Shown: piece by piece, positions 24,961 through 36,099 of the stretch
How positions within the stretch are numbered: position 1 is the stretch's first letter
How the letters are laid out: every line of letters begins with the position of its first letter
From: Octopus vulgaris
Lineage: Eukaryota
Direction of reading: 5' to 3'
NCBI GenBank assembly: GCA_951406725.2
Contig: OX597832.1
Location: forward strand, 4,402,001 to 4,466,000
DNA length: 64,000 nt
Translations under genes and position numbers: made by a program
Notes under the pieces: model-generated
The model's input: the letters and a program-made list of their open reading frames with translations, nothing else
The model's database searches: none
Told to the model about the DNA's origin: nothing

Positions 24961-24980
24961 GTATGTATATATATATATAC

Positions 24981-25025
<45 letters not shown>
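24715..25025. repeat. Compound (TA)n/(TG)n/(TATG)n microsatellite block
   Basis: Seen directly. Similar blocks at 26200-26600, 27070-27750 and 28345-28450. Confidence 0.95.
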
Positions 25026-25029
<4 letters not shown>

Positions 25030-25132
25030 CCTTTTCTATTCCTGAGCGTTATACTAATACATCTGTTTGTTTTGTACACCACCTGTCTTCGTCTTTTTTT
25101 TTTTTTGTAAACTTTCCCTATAAATATATATA

Positions 25133-25168
<36 letters not shown>

Positions 25169-25178
25169 TGTATGTATA

Positions 25179-25401
25179 TTCTTTTACTCTTTTGCACATT
25201 TCAGTCATTTGACTGCAGCCAAGCTGGAGCACTGCTTTAGTCAAAGAAATCAACCCTATGACTTCTTTACAAGCCTACTACTTATCCTATTGCTCTCTTT
25301 TGCCGAATCACTAAGTTTCAGGGACATAAACACACCAACATCAGTTGTCAACCAATGGTGGGTGGAAAAACACAAACACAGAGACATACACACATAAATA
25401 T

Positions 25402-25461
<60 letters not shown>

Positions 25462-25609
25462 GATGGGCCTCTTTCAGTTTTCATCTACCAAATCCACTCA
25501 CAAGTCTGAGGCTATAGTAAAAGACACTTGCCCAAGGTGCCATGCAGTGGGACTGAACCAGTAACGATGTGGCTGGGAAGCAATCTTCTTACTACACAGC
25601 CATGCCTGC
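25179..25609 (-). mobile_element. SINE family A with expanded internal (TA)n
   Basis: Reverse-complement head ...ACACAGCCATGCCTGCA and tail TTTCAGTCATTTGACTGCAGCC. Confidence 0.85.
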
Positions 25610-26335
25610 ATCTATATATATATATCATCATCATTATCATCATCACTGTTTAACATCCATTTTCCATGCTAGCATGGGCTGGATGGTTCGATTGGGGTCT
25701 GGGAAGCCAGAAGGCTGCACCAGGCTCCAGTCTGATCTAGCAGTGTTTCTGCAGCTGGATGCCCTTCCTAATGCCAACCACTCCAAGAGTGTAGTGGGTC
25801 TCTGTTGTAGCTGGATCAAGGAAGATGTGTTCTTGTCTGTCTCCTGTCGAAGCTTGATTGTTGCATTCGCCACGACAATCTCATTTAGGCTCAGCAGCCC
25901 TTAATGTTTGTTTTCACTGTCCTGTTTGTGTTACCAATTTTGACCCTCTGCAAAATCCCAAATTTTATTTAATTTGCTTTGTGGGAGCAACTGTTTTATC
26001 GAAAGTGTATATTGTTGTTAAATGCTCGAAATACGGGAGTACAAAAACAGCCAACAACTTTTCGAAGGGTCGTTTTTTGTTTTTGTAGTCTTGCTTTCCA
26101 TTTATGTCTTTCATTGTTTGAAAAAATATATTATTTTATATTCCATGTACTCGTACTTTGTATTTTTTGTTGCACATATTTTGTGACTCCTGTGCCCACA
26201 TATGCATCTACATATATGTACAGATGTAAATATATAAATATATGTATGTATATATGCATATATATATATAAATTATTTATATTATTATCTGATTGAATGT
26301 CACGCATCCTCTTCCAAGTATATATATGCATATAC

Positions 26336-26367
<32 letters not shown>

Positions 26368-26432
26368 ACACACATATGTATACAGAAATATATATTCATA
26401 TGTGTGTATGTGTGTGAGTGAGTGTGTGCATG

Positions 26433-26472
<40 letters not shown>

Positions 26473-26551
26473 AACACGTATGTATACAGATATGTATATT
26501 TGGTTATATATAAAAAACATATATATATATATAAAGCTATGCATGTATGTA

Positions 26552-26597
<46 letters not shown>

Positions 26598-26601
<4 letters not shown>

Positions 26602-27070
26602 TCAAATGGAAATTGTAGTTATGATACCTGTGCTGGCAGCATGTAAAAAGCACCATCCGAATGTGGCCAATGCCAGCACCACCTTGACTGGCTTCTGTGC
26701 CGGTGGCACATGACCTGCTGTGCTTGAGGAGACCTATTGAGTCAAGTACATCAACATCAAAATAAATATCAAATGGAAACTGTAGTTGTGACACATGTGC
26801 CTGTGGCACATAAAAAGCACCATCCAAACGTGGCTGATGCCAGTGCTGCCTTGACTGGCTCCCCTGGCACCTGTACTGGTGGCACATAAAAAGCACCCAC
26901 TACATTCATGGAGTGGTTGGCGTTAGGAAGGGCATCCAGCTGTAGAAACACTGCCAGATCAGACTGGAGCCTAGTGCAGCCTCCTGGCTTCCCAGACCCT
27001 GGTTGAACCGTCCAACCCGTACTAGCATGGAAAGCGGACGTTAAACGATGATGATTATAATGATGATGAT
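26598..27070 (+). mobile_element. RTE-tailed SINE-like element with an internal tandem duplication
   Basis: AATATCAAATGGAAA.TGTAGTT.TGA.AC.TGTGC...TAAAAAGCACCATCC occurs at about 26598 and 26765 (period about 167 nt), followed by the RTE-type tail. Confidence 0.75.
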
Positions 27071-27081
27071 GTATATATATA

Positions 27082-27125
<44 letters not shown>

Positions 27126-27162
27126 GGTAAGTAGGTAGGTAGGTAGGTAGGTAGGTAGATAG

Positions 27163-27193
<31 letters not shown>

Positions 27194-27749
27194 GATAGAT
27201 AGATAGAGATATGTATACATATATTATATTTATATATGTAAATATGTATCTATATACACATACATATCTATATGTGCATATGTCCATAGGTACATGTACA
27301 TAATGCTTATATATATGATTACACATTTCTACATATAATCATAATCGATATACTTTTAGATCCGTTTTCCATGCTGCAGTTTTCTATCATTCTTTCATCT
27401 TCTGCCAGAAAGCATAATAGAGAAGCTAATGATTTTGTATATTCCATGTTTAGTAATATTTATCTATATCTTTCTCTATATATGTATGCATTATATGTGT
27501 GTTTGTGAGCATGTGTGTCAGTATATATATCTTACATATGAATATATGTATGTGTGTGTGTGTGTATATATATATGCATGTGTATATACATATATATATG
27601 TAGGTATGTACATGTATGCATGTATATATGCATATATATATTATTTATATTATTACATGATCAAACTCCATGCATCCATTTCCAAGTAAGTTTTATCTAT
27701 CTATATATATGTATGTATGTATGTATGTTATATGTATATATATATATAA

Positions 27750-28330
27750 AATACAAAAATGGGACAAGAGCACAAAACATCCAGACAGTTAGGTGATACA
27801 AAAAGGGACAACAAAACATGCAGACAGACGATACAAGGAAACAAGGATGAGTTATTTGGAGTTTTCTTTCCTCAGTCGAGTTCCCGATTATCTTTGCAAT
27901 TTCAGCTGGTTATACTTGAGATTCCTCCAATCTGGCCAGCCCCAAGGAAAAATTAAGCTAAGAGCATTAGATTCCTTGGAAGAAAGCAGCGAATGTATAT
28001 GAAAACAAGGATGGAAAAAAAACGGAGAATGTTACACAAATACAAATGTAAATAACAGGATATAACAGCAGGTGTCTTTTGACTAAGGACGAATTAAATT
28101 GAGCTGGCGTGTGTGGGAGTGAAGCCCTATGGCAGGGACATAAGATTTGACAGGCATAAGAAGGAATATAGATGTTGCACAGATGGTAGTCAAACCAAGA
28201 AAGAAAGGTCAGGTTTGGCTGAACACTTGTCATGCAGGGAGAGAAGAGAGAGAAGTAGAGGCAGAGGGATACAAGAATTAAGGGGGGACAAGAAAAAAAA
28301 ATGAAAGGGACAGAGTGAAGTGAAAGAGGA
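27750..28330 (-). mobile_element. Probable Penelope-type terminal repeat remnant
   Basis: Non-coding, microsatellite-flanked segment with hammerhead-like folds (see findings). The classification is inferred. Confidence 0.35.
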
Positions 28331-28382
28331 GAAAAAGTGAGCATATATGTATATATACATGTATGTATATATATATATGTAT

Positions 28383-28433
<51 letters not shown>

Positions 28434-29552
28434 ATATTTATATATATATAAATGCAAGCTTTTAAAGTTGGAAACTTTCAGGTAATTTTAACCAATCAAA
28501 AACCACTATTATGCACATGACCATAAATGTCACATTGGTATCCGTTTACATAGAAACAAGCAAAGTTATAGTATAGCATGTTTCATTGTAACAAGGATGC
28601 TGTACTTAAGTGGCTGTGACACTTTCACCACAGCAATCGCCACCACAAGTTTTGACAAGGGATATAATTTTTTGCCTGATTTAATTTCTATCTGTCATTT
28701 TCTGTTATCATGCAGAAAATGCCAGTCTCCAATTCCTATTTTCTTATTGGACTAAAAATGATCAAACTTTGAACCTCTGTAACATTTTAAAGCATTTTCT
28801 GGGAATACATGCAAAAAATTATATCAATAATTTTCATTTGTGTGAGAACAACAAAAGAGGTCCTATTCTAGATATATAGTCTTGTCTAACTTACATATTA
28901 TTGCACCATTGGAAAGAGTTTCAATTCCTCCAGTCTCATCTGTTGCATTAAGTCTAACCTGTTAGTATAATAGTATTGGATAGCTTCAAGTTGCACTGTT
29001 AATTTCTCACTATATGGTGACCACCATGAGGAACCAGGTAAGGTCACCAAGTAACTTACAAGACAAAGAAAAAGACCTTTACACTCAGTGGGTTTGTAGT
29101 AGAGAGAGTGGTAGCTTTGTGCCAAGTGTTGAGAGGCTAAAGTAGGACATAGAGATAAGCACAGGTGTTTGCTATAGAGGAGATACACGGCTACCCTGCA
29201 TTACATAATGGTGGGCAGAAGTAGCCAGATAGAAGACAATGATGGTGGTGATGTGTCAGAGCATACTCTGAAGGTTAACAAAGGTGAGTATAAGAGAGAA
29301 AATAATCAGAGGATTAGGAGGGCGTTTGGATAAGTCCATAAGAGTGTGTGAGAAGAGAGTGAGAGATGATTAGAGATGGGGGTAGAAGTGAATGGAATAT
29401 GGATGGAGTTGTGGGTGAGGAATGTGGAAAAAAATAGGAGTGACCCAGGAAGGAGGAGGTGATAAATGGCAGTGAAGGCAGGATGGAGAGCAGCAGTATA
29501 AGAAACCTGTAGATAGACCAGAAAATAGGGAGATTATGTGCAGGGTGGAAGC

Positions 29553-29589
<37 letters not shown>

Positions 29590-29889
29590 AGGATGTACAG
29601 TGATGGAGATGGATTTTAGAGGTATGTAGGGGTGACTGAAGTGAAAGAAGGACAAAGGTAGAGAGAGGCTATCTTATTGACCTTAGAAAGATATATTTGA
29701 ACTCAGAATGTAAGAGCCATAACTAAATACCACAATTCTGCAAATTCACTGCCTTTATTAAGATAATATGCATCAGAAAAAAAGCATTTGTGAAGAACAG
29801 AGTGTAATAAGAAATTAATGGAGTTTGTTACATAATTTCTTGTTCCCTTGTCATTTATTTCTTATTACCCACCCCTCTCTCTCTCTCTT

Positions 29890-30197
29890 ACTGCAGCCAT
29901 GTTGGAGCACCACACTGAAGGGTTTGGTCAAAAAAATTGACACTAGTACTTTATTTTATCAATCTCTTTTTAACAAACTGCTAAGTTAAGGACATGTAAA
30001 CAAACCAACCCCACTTGTCAAGCATTGGTGGGGGACAAACACCCTCCCAAAGACACACACATAGTTATGTGTGTGTATATATATGACAGACATTTCTGTA
30101 TACCAAATCCACTTGTCCAAGATACAACTCAGTGGGACTGAACCTGGAATCATATGGTTAAGAAACAAACTTCTAACCACACAGCCATGCCTGCACC
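29890..30197 (-). mobile_element. SINE family A
   Basis: Reverse-complement head ...AACCACACAGCCATGCCTGCACC. Confidence 0.82.
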
Positions 30198-30208
30198 TAA
30201 ATATTATG

Positions 30209-30280
30209 TAACCCTGATGTGATTTGAACATGCAGCCTTCTGATCTCAAGTCAGACATGCTATCATTGCACCACACAGCA
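30209..30280 (-). pseudogene. tRNA-Trp-derived pseudogene (72 nt, anticodon position now TGA)
   Basis: Minus strand TGCTGTGTGGTGCAATGATAGCATGTCTGACTTGAGATCAGAAGGCTGCATGTTCAAATCACATCAGGGTTA aligns without gaps to the animal tRNA-Trp(CCA) sequence as I recall it. Most differences are CpG transitions and the acceptor stem is disrupted. Confidence 0.85.
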
Positions 30281-30693
30281 TGCATCCATCCATCCACTTA
30301 CCTACCTACCTACCTACATACACACACATATTTAATAACAGTTTGACTCAGTTCCAAATGATATAATGCTTTGTGGGTGTGTAGCACTTGTAAACCATTT
30401 AGTCATATTGAACTGAGTCAAACTGTTATTAAACATATATGTAGCTCCAACCAAATGTGTTGAGTGTCATTTTCTTTCTTTTGTCCACTCACCCATGCGT
30501 ATGTATGTATGTATAGATATATAGATAGATTGTACATATGTATGTATTTATCATCATCATGATCACCATCACTTAACGTCTGCTTTCCATGCTGGCATGG
30601 GTTAGATGACTGAGTGGAACTGGTAGGCCAGAGAGCTACACCAGGTTCCATATATATGTATGTATGTATATATATGCATGTATTATATATATA

Positions 30694-31048
30694 TTCTTTT
30701 ATTTGTTTCAGTCACTTGACTGCAGCCATGCTGGAGCACCACCTTTAGTCGAGCAAATCGACCCCAGGACTTATTCTTTGTAAGCCTAGTACTTATTCTA
30801 TCAGTCTCTGTTACCGAACTGCTAAGTGACGGGGATGTAAACACAGACACACAAACATATACATACATATATATATATATATATACAATGGGATTCTTTT
30901 AGTTTCCGTCTACCAAATTCACTCACAAGGCTTTGGTCGGCCCAAGGCTATAGTAGAAGACACTTGCCCAAGGTGCCATGCAGTGGGACTGAACCCAGGA
31001 CAATGTGGTTGGTAAGCAAGCTACTTACCACACAGCCACTCCTGCACC
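30694..31048 (-). mobile_element. Young SINE family A
   Basis: Near-identical reverse complement of 20371-20797. Confidence 0.9.
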
Positions 31049-31311
31049 TATATATGCATGTTAACATCAAACAGTTAGAATGAGTGCTCATTGGTGGGTA
31101 TTCTTTCTTTTTGGGGTTAACAAGGCTACCATCGATTTGATGTCAAGAGAAATCTCAACTGTTTTCAAGCTTGTCACATGGGATGTTGGTGCTCATCATC
31201 TTGGATGGAGATGAGCACCAACATCTCATGTGCTAGGCTTGATAATTGTTGAGATTTCTCTTCACATGAAACCAACAATAGCCTTGTTAACCCAGAAATA
31301 AAGTATATATA

Positions 31312-32917
31312 CACTGCGTCCAACATTATTAGGCAAATAAACCTTCTCTCAATAAAAGTATATTCATTCAAAACAAGTTGGCAACACCTATCTGTGCACA
31401 TTCTGTTAAAATAAATCGGATCTGTACAGATGAAAAGAAATGACAGCCATTATCGTGTAGCAACAACATTTCTGCTGTCCCAAATTATTAGGCAGGTGCC
31501 CAATTTAAGTGTCATTATGGGTCAGAAACATGATCTTGTCTCAAATGAGAAGTCTACCATCGTGTCAGAGCTTGGAAAAGGAAAAACAATAGAAATATCA
31601 AAAATACTTGGAAGAGATCACCAAACAGTGAAGAAATTTTTGCAGTCTCCTATTTCTGTCTGGTCAAGGGTTGCTTTGACTCATACTTTGTCACGTGTGA
31701 AAAGGGAAGTTGTGTGGAACCCATGTCTGACAAGTAGAGAAGTCTTCAAATGTTGTGGCAGGGAAGATGTGTAAAGGAACTGTCTGGAACAGGTTGTGTC
31801 TTTTACACTGTTTGGGTGCAACACAATTTCCTTCTTTGTTTCCAGAGACTACCAGTCAGGAACAAGAAAGCAACCTTCAAAAATACGACACTTTATTTTC
31901 TTATTTACATAAAGAAGGTACGTTGATAAATTGGTAACCACTTGGTGTAGGTACAGCAAGGCTGTCGCCTCTTGAAGCATGTACCAGAAATGTTAAACCT
32001 ATCACAAGTTCTCCTCTGAAGGCTGTTCATAAGCAGAAGAGACTGAAATGTACAGAAGAATACATGAAGATAGATTTTTCAATAGTTCTGCTCACTGATG
32101 AATGCCGTGCTACCCTTGACAGACCAGATGGCTGGAGTAAAGGTTGGGTGTCGATCAGCAGGAAACATCCTCATCATTTGAGATGCCAACAGGAGGGAGG
32201 TGGGGTCATGTTTTGGGCTGGCATCATTCGTGCTATGATTGTCAGGTCATGAAAAGTCCCAGATGGTATCAAAATCATATGTTACCTTCTTAGAGGACAA
32301 TCTCCAACTGTGGTTCAAAAAGCAAAAACTTTCATTCAAGAGAAAGTTGGCCTTCATGCAAGATAATGCCCTGTCTCAAGCAGTGAAGAATTCTAAGGAA
32401 TACCTGCAGCAAATAGGCTTCTCTTGATGGAGTAGCCACCTTGTTCCCCAGACTTAAACCCGATTGGGAACCTGTGGAGTGTCCCAAGATGGATGGCAGT
32501 TTTCAAGTAAAGTTGCCTTCTGGGATGCTATCATAGATGCTGCTCAAAGCATGACACAAGAGGATATCATCACATTGACAAATTCAATGGATCAGCATGT
32601 AAAGAAGGTTATTTTGTATGTGGAGGATCATACATCAAACATTAGGAGCTGTATAACACCATAATCCTATGGTTATTTTCATTTGAATTTATTATTATGT
32701 TTACCATTAAGTCCTTTATAAATAATTTTTTTGTTAAACCTTTACTGTTGAATTAAATAAATGTTTGTTCTGACACAATTATCATTTTTATTATATTTGC
32801 CTAATAATTTGTGATGGTGGAAATGTAGCCCAATCACAAAAATGACCACCTTTTGTTGGTGTCTGCACAGATTCAATTTATTTTAACAGAATGTAGGCAG
32901 ATAGGTGTTGCCAACAA
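31312..32917 (+). mobile_element. Tc1-like transposon with long IR/DR-type inverted repeats, decayed
   Basis: TA-CACTG start. Transposase remnant MGQKHDL...LGRDHQTVKKFL, LLTDECRATLDRPDGW, FMQDNA, PPCSPDLNPIGNLW. ATTATTAGGCA occurs twice at the left end and inverted near 32797. 31377-31430 is inverted at about 32862-32917. Confidence 0.9.
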
Positions 32918-33009
32918 TCAGTGGGAAAATGACCAAAAGTGTTAATAAAATATTAATTTTCTATTACTTTTATTATTATAAATGACATTCCTAACTGCTA
33001 GAAAATGTA

Positions 33010-34183
33010 TTAGGACAGCAAGAAAGTAATTTTGGTTTTTTAGTGTGCAATAAAAGTCATTTTTTTACATACAAACAATGAACGTTGATCAATTATATAT
33101 TTTCCATTTTGTTCGGTGACCTTTTGCCAGCTTTCTGGCAACTTCATGATTCTGTACTCATAGAACTTCTGGTCCTTATCACCCCAAAACTGAAGCAAGT
33201 GCGATTTCATGTCATCATCATTATTGAAAGTTTTACCATTCATAGAATTTTGCAAATTTGAAATAAATGATAATCTGATGGTGCAAGCTCCAATAATTTT
33301 TCACGGGTTAGTAAAGACGTGTGTTGTCATGGTGGAACACGATTCCTTTCTGGCCATTTTTCTTTGATTATTTCCTCCAGTTTCATTAGTTGTTGACAGT
33401 AAACATCTGAAATGATCATTTTGCTCCTTGGAAGCAGCTCAAAATACAGAATAATCTCACTGAATTGACAGCATGATCTTTTTTTGATGCATTTCAGCTT
33501 TCGGTGTGGTTTGTGCTGGTTCATTATGCTTGGACCATGATCGTTTTCAGTTGATGTTATTGTAGACAATCCATTTTTCATCACCAGTGATGATTCATTT
33601 AAAAAAAAACATCAATTTCATTGCATTTGAGATGCATAGCGCAAATATCGATTCATTGTGTTAAGTGAATCTCTTTCAATTTATGTGGAACCCAAATATC
33701 AAGCTTCTTAACAAGTCCAAGACATTTTAAGTTATTTTCAATTGTTGTGTATGATACATTTAACCTCTCTGCAATCTCTCACACAGTTATATGATGATCA
33801 GATTCAATTATGGCTTTGATTTGGTCATCATCAACTTCAGTAGGTGAAAAATCTCCAGAACGGAATTTTTAAGACCATTTCTGACATGTACATTCTATTA
33901 AGCAATCAACACCATAAACTTCATGTCACTTTGTGAGCCTTGGCAGCTTTCTTGCCTTCAAGGAAATAAAAAAGCAAAATATGTTCATTTTTGCACTCCA
34001 TGTTAAAATTGACACTGAACTAACAACTGTAAACAAAATCATGTGCAATTTGCTTCTAAAATAAGCTAAAAGTAATGACTATCAGATGTCAAAGGGAAAA
34101 AATCATAACACTGACAAAGTCATTCAAAAAAATCGTAATTCTATCTATTTGCGAAAAACGAAATTACTTTCTTGCCAACCCAA
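33010..34183 (-). mobile_element. Near-full-length mariner (DD34D) transposon, decayed
   Basis: TA-flanked TIRs TTAGGACAGCAAGAAAGTAATTT / TTGGGTTGGCAAGAAAGTAATTT. Motifs ITGDEKW, LAPSDYHLF and IMKLPESWQKVTEQNGKY. Confidence 0.92.
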
Positions 34184-35237
34184 TATATATGCTGTTTGAT
34201 CATATAGTGTTTCTCTCTCTAACTCTCTTTGGTTTTTTCTGTAAAGATTCATTTAGACAGTTAACAGCAGTTTGTTAAGTTGGCACATTTCCTATTTCTC
34301 ATGGAAAGTGCATCAAGTTCAATAATTATTTCTGCTATTTTTATTTTTTATAAAGGACATCCCTAACAGCTACAGATGTTGTATATATGCTCTGCTCCCA
34401 TAAGTTTTTTTCTTTTGCTCTTTCACCCCAAACATATCTCTCGCCCCCTTCCTCTTACTAAATCTTTCTGCGACGATTCATATCCTTAGCAGTATGACAT
34501 TAGATTGTGAGCATGCTTCACAGCATTACAAGATGTGATGAAGTTGTCTTGGCTTGGAGGTTGGACTCATCAGCAACTTTTGAGTAAATATCTGCATCAG
34601 AGGGTGAGAAGTTGTGTATCTTGCAAGCTACAGTGAAGGCAACCTGACAAGGAGAGTAGTAGCTTGGGATAAAAAAATCTACGTGAGGAAGAGATGGACC
34701 GAACAAGCTCAGTGAGAGCAACAATTCAGAATAAAATAGATACTGTGTAGAGGGGGTGCATTTTAGCCCTGTCTGATGACAATTTTTCTAGTGTAGATGG
34801 TGCAATAACATGCCTCGAATCCATACTGTAAATTGTTTTGTGACAGGAAAGGCATATGACAATAATAAATCATAAAAGTCAAGTCAGTGAAAGATCCTAT
34901 TGAGTACACAAGCTAATACAATAATGTTAGTACTGTACTAACCTGCATGGCCAGGTGGGAAGATCTGGCCAAGTGTGAGAACCTGTTGATCACTATCAAA
35001 TAATCACACACCAAGACCCTCTTTCAGATATATAGTCTATACACTAAATGTCTTTTGTTCACATACATAAAAAAGACACATCATTAGAAACTCACCTCTC
35101 TCCCTGTCAGGTGCAAAATTTCATAATGAAAGAATCTATAGGTGCAAGACCATAAGGTGGCACATGTGTTTTGTGGACAAGTGGTAAGAAGAAAAGGAAC
35201 TGCAACCAAAATCCTCATTATTATTAAATATCTACTT

Positions 35238-35685
35238 AAGGTGGTAAGCTGGTGGAATCATTAGCATGCCAAACAAAATATTTAATGGTATTTCATCTAT
35301 CTTTATGATGTGAGTTCAAATTCTGCTGAGGTCAACTTTGCCTTTCATCCTTTGCGGTCGATAAGATAAGTACTAGTGGAGCATTGGCATTGATGTAATT
35401 GACTTAACCCCTCGCCCCCAAATTACTGGCCTTGTGCCAAAATTTGTCGTCATTATTAAACATCTGCTTAAGATGGTGAACTGACAGAATCATTAGGAAG
35501 TCAAGTAAAATGCTTAGAGGCATACTGTCCATCTGTATATTCTGAGTTCAAATTCTGCTGAGGCCAACTTGCTTTTCATCCTTTCTGGGTCAAAATAAGA
35601 CCAGTTGAGTACTGGGATTGATGTAATTGACTTACCCCTTTGCCCCAATCTTGCTGGCCTTGTGCTAAAATCTGAAACCATTATC
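35238..35685 (+). mobile_element. Two tandem SINE family B copies
   Basis: Heads at about 35238 and 35469, each preceded by ATCT(A/G)CTTAAG, both with GAGTTCAAATTCTGCTGAGG. Confidence 0.82.
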
Positions 35686-36099
35686 AAACATCTACTTTCC
35701 ATAGCATGGGTTGGATGGGTTGTCACACTTTGAGTCATTTCCATTTCTTATTGGAAACTACTTTTCTTAATGACTGGTGCTCATATGTGTCATTTGGTTT
35801 GTTTTCTATGGTTGAATGACCTTCCCATTACCAACACTCTACAGAGTATCCTGGGTGTGTTTTCTCGTCATGGTACCAACATGAGATTACTTAGTAACCA
35901 TAGGTATGTAGACTGAGAAGAGAAATAGGAGAGAGCAACAACAACTGACAGGCCAGAAAGGGATAATTTGAGGAAGAGAAAGGTTAGTGAAGTGAGTGCC
36001 CTAAGACATGTACATTTGCTAAAGTGACCCAGGAGGAGGATAAGAAAGAGAAAGAGATTGGCATATTCCCAATCAGTACAAACCTTTGTCATTTCTTTT

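Noticed and set aside
24713-28434. Many overlapping ORFs rich in YI/CV/HT (also 39840-40476)
   Set aside because: Translations of (TA)n/(TG)n microsatellites, which lack stop codons.
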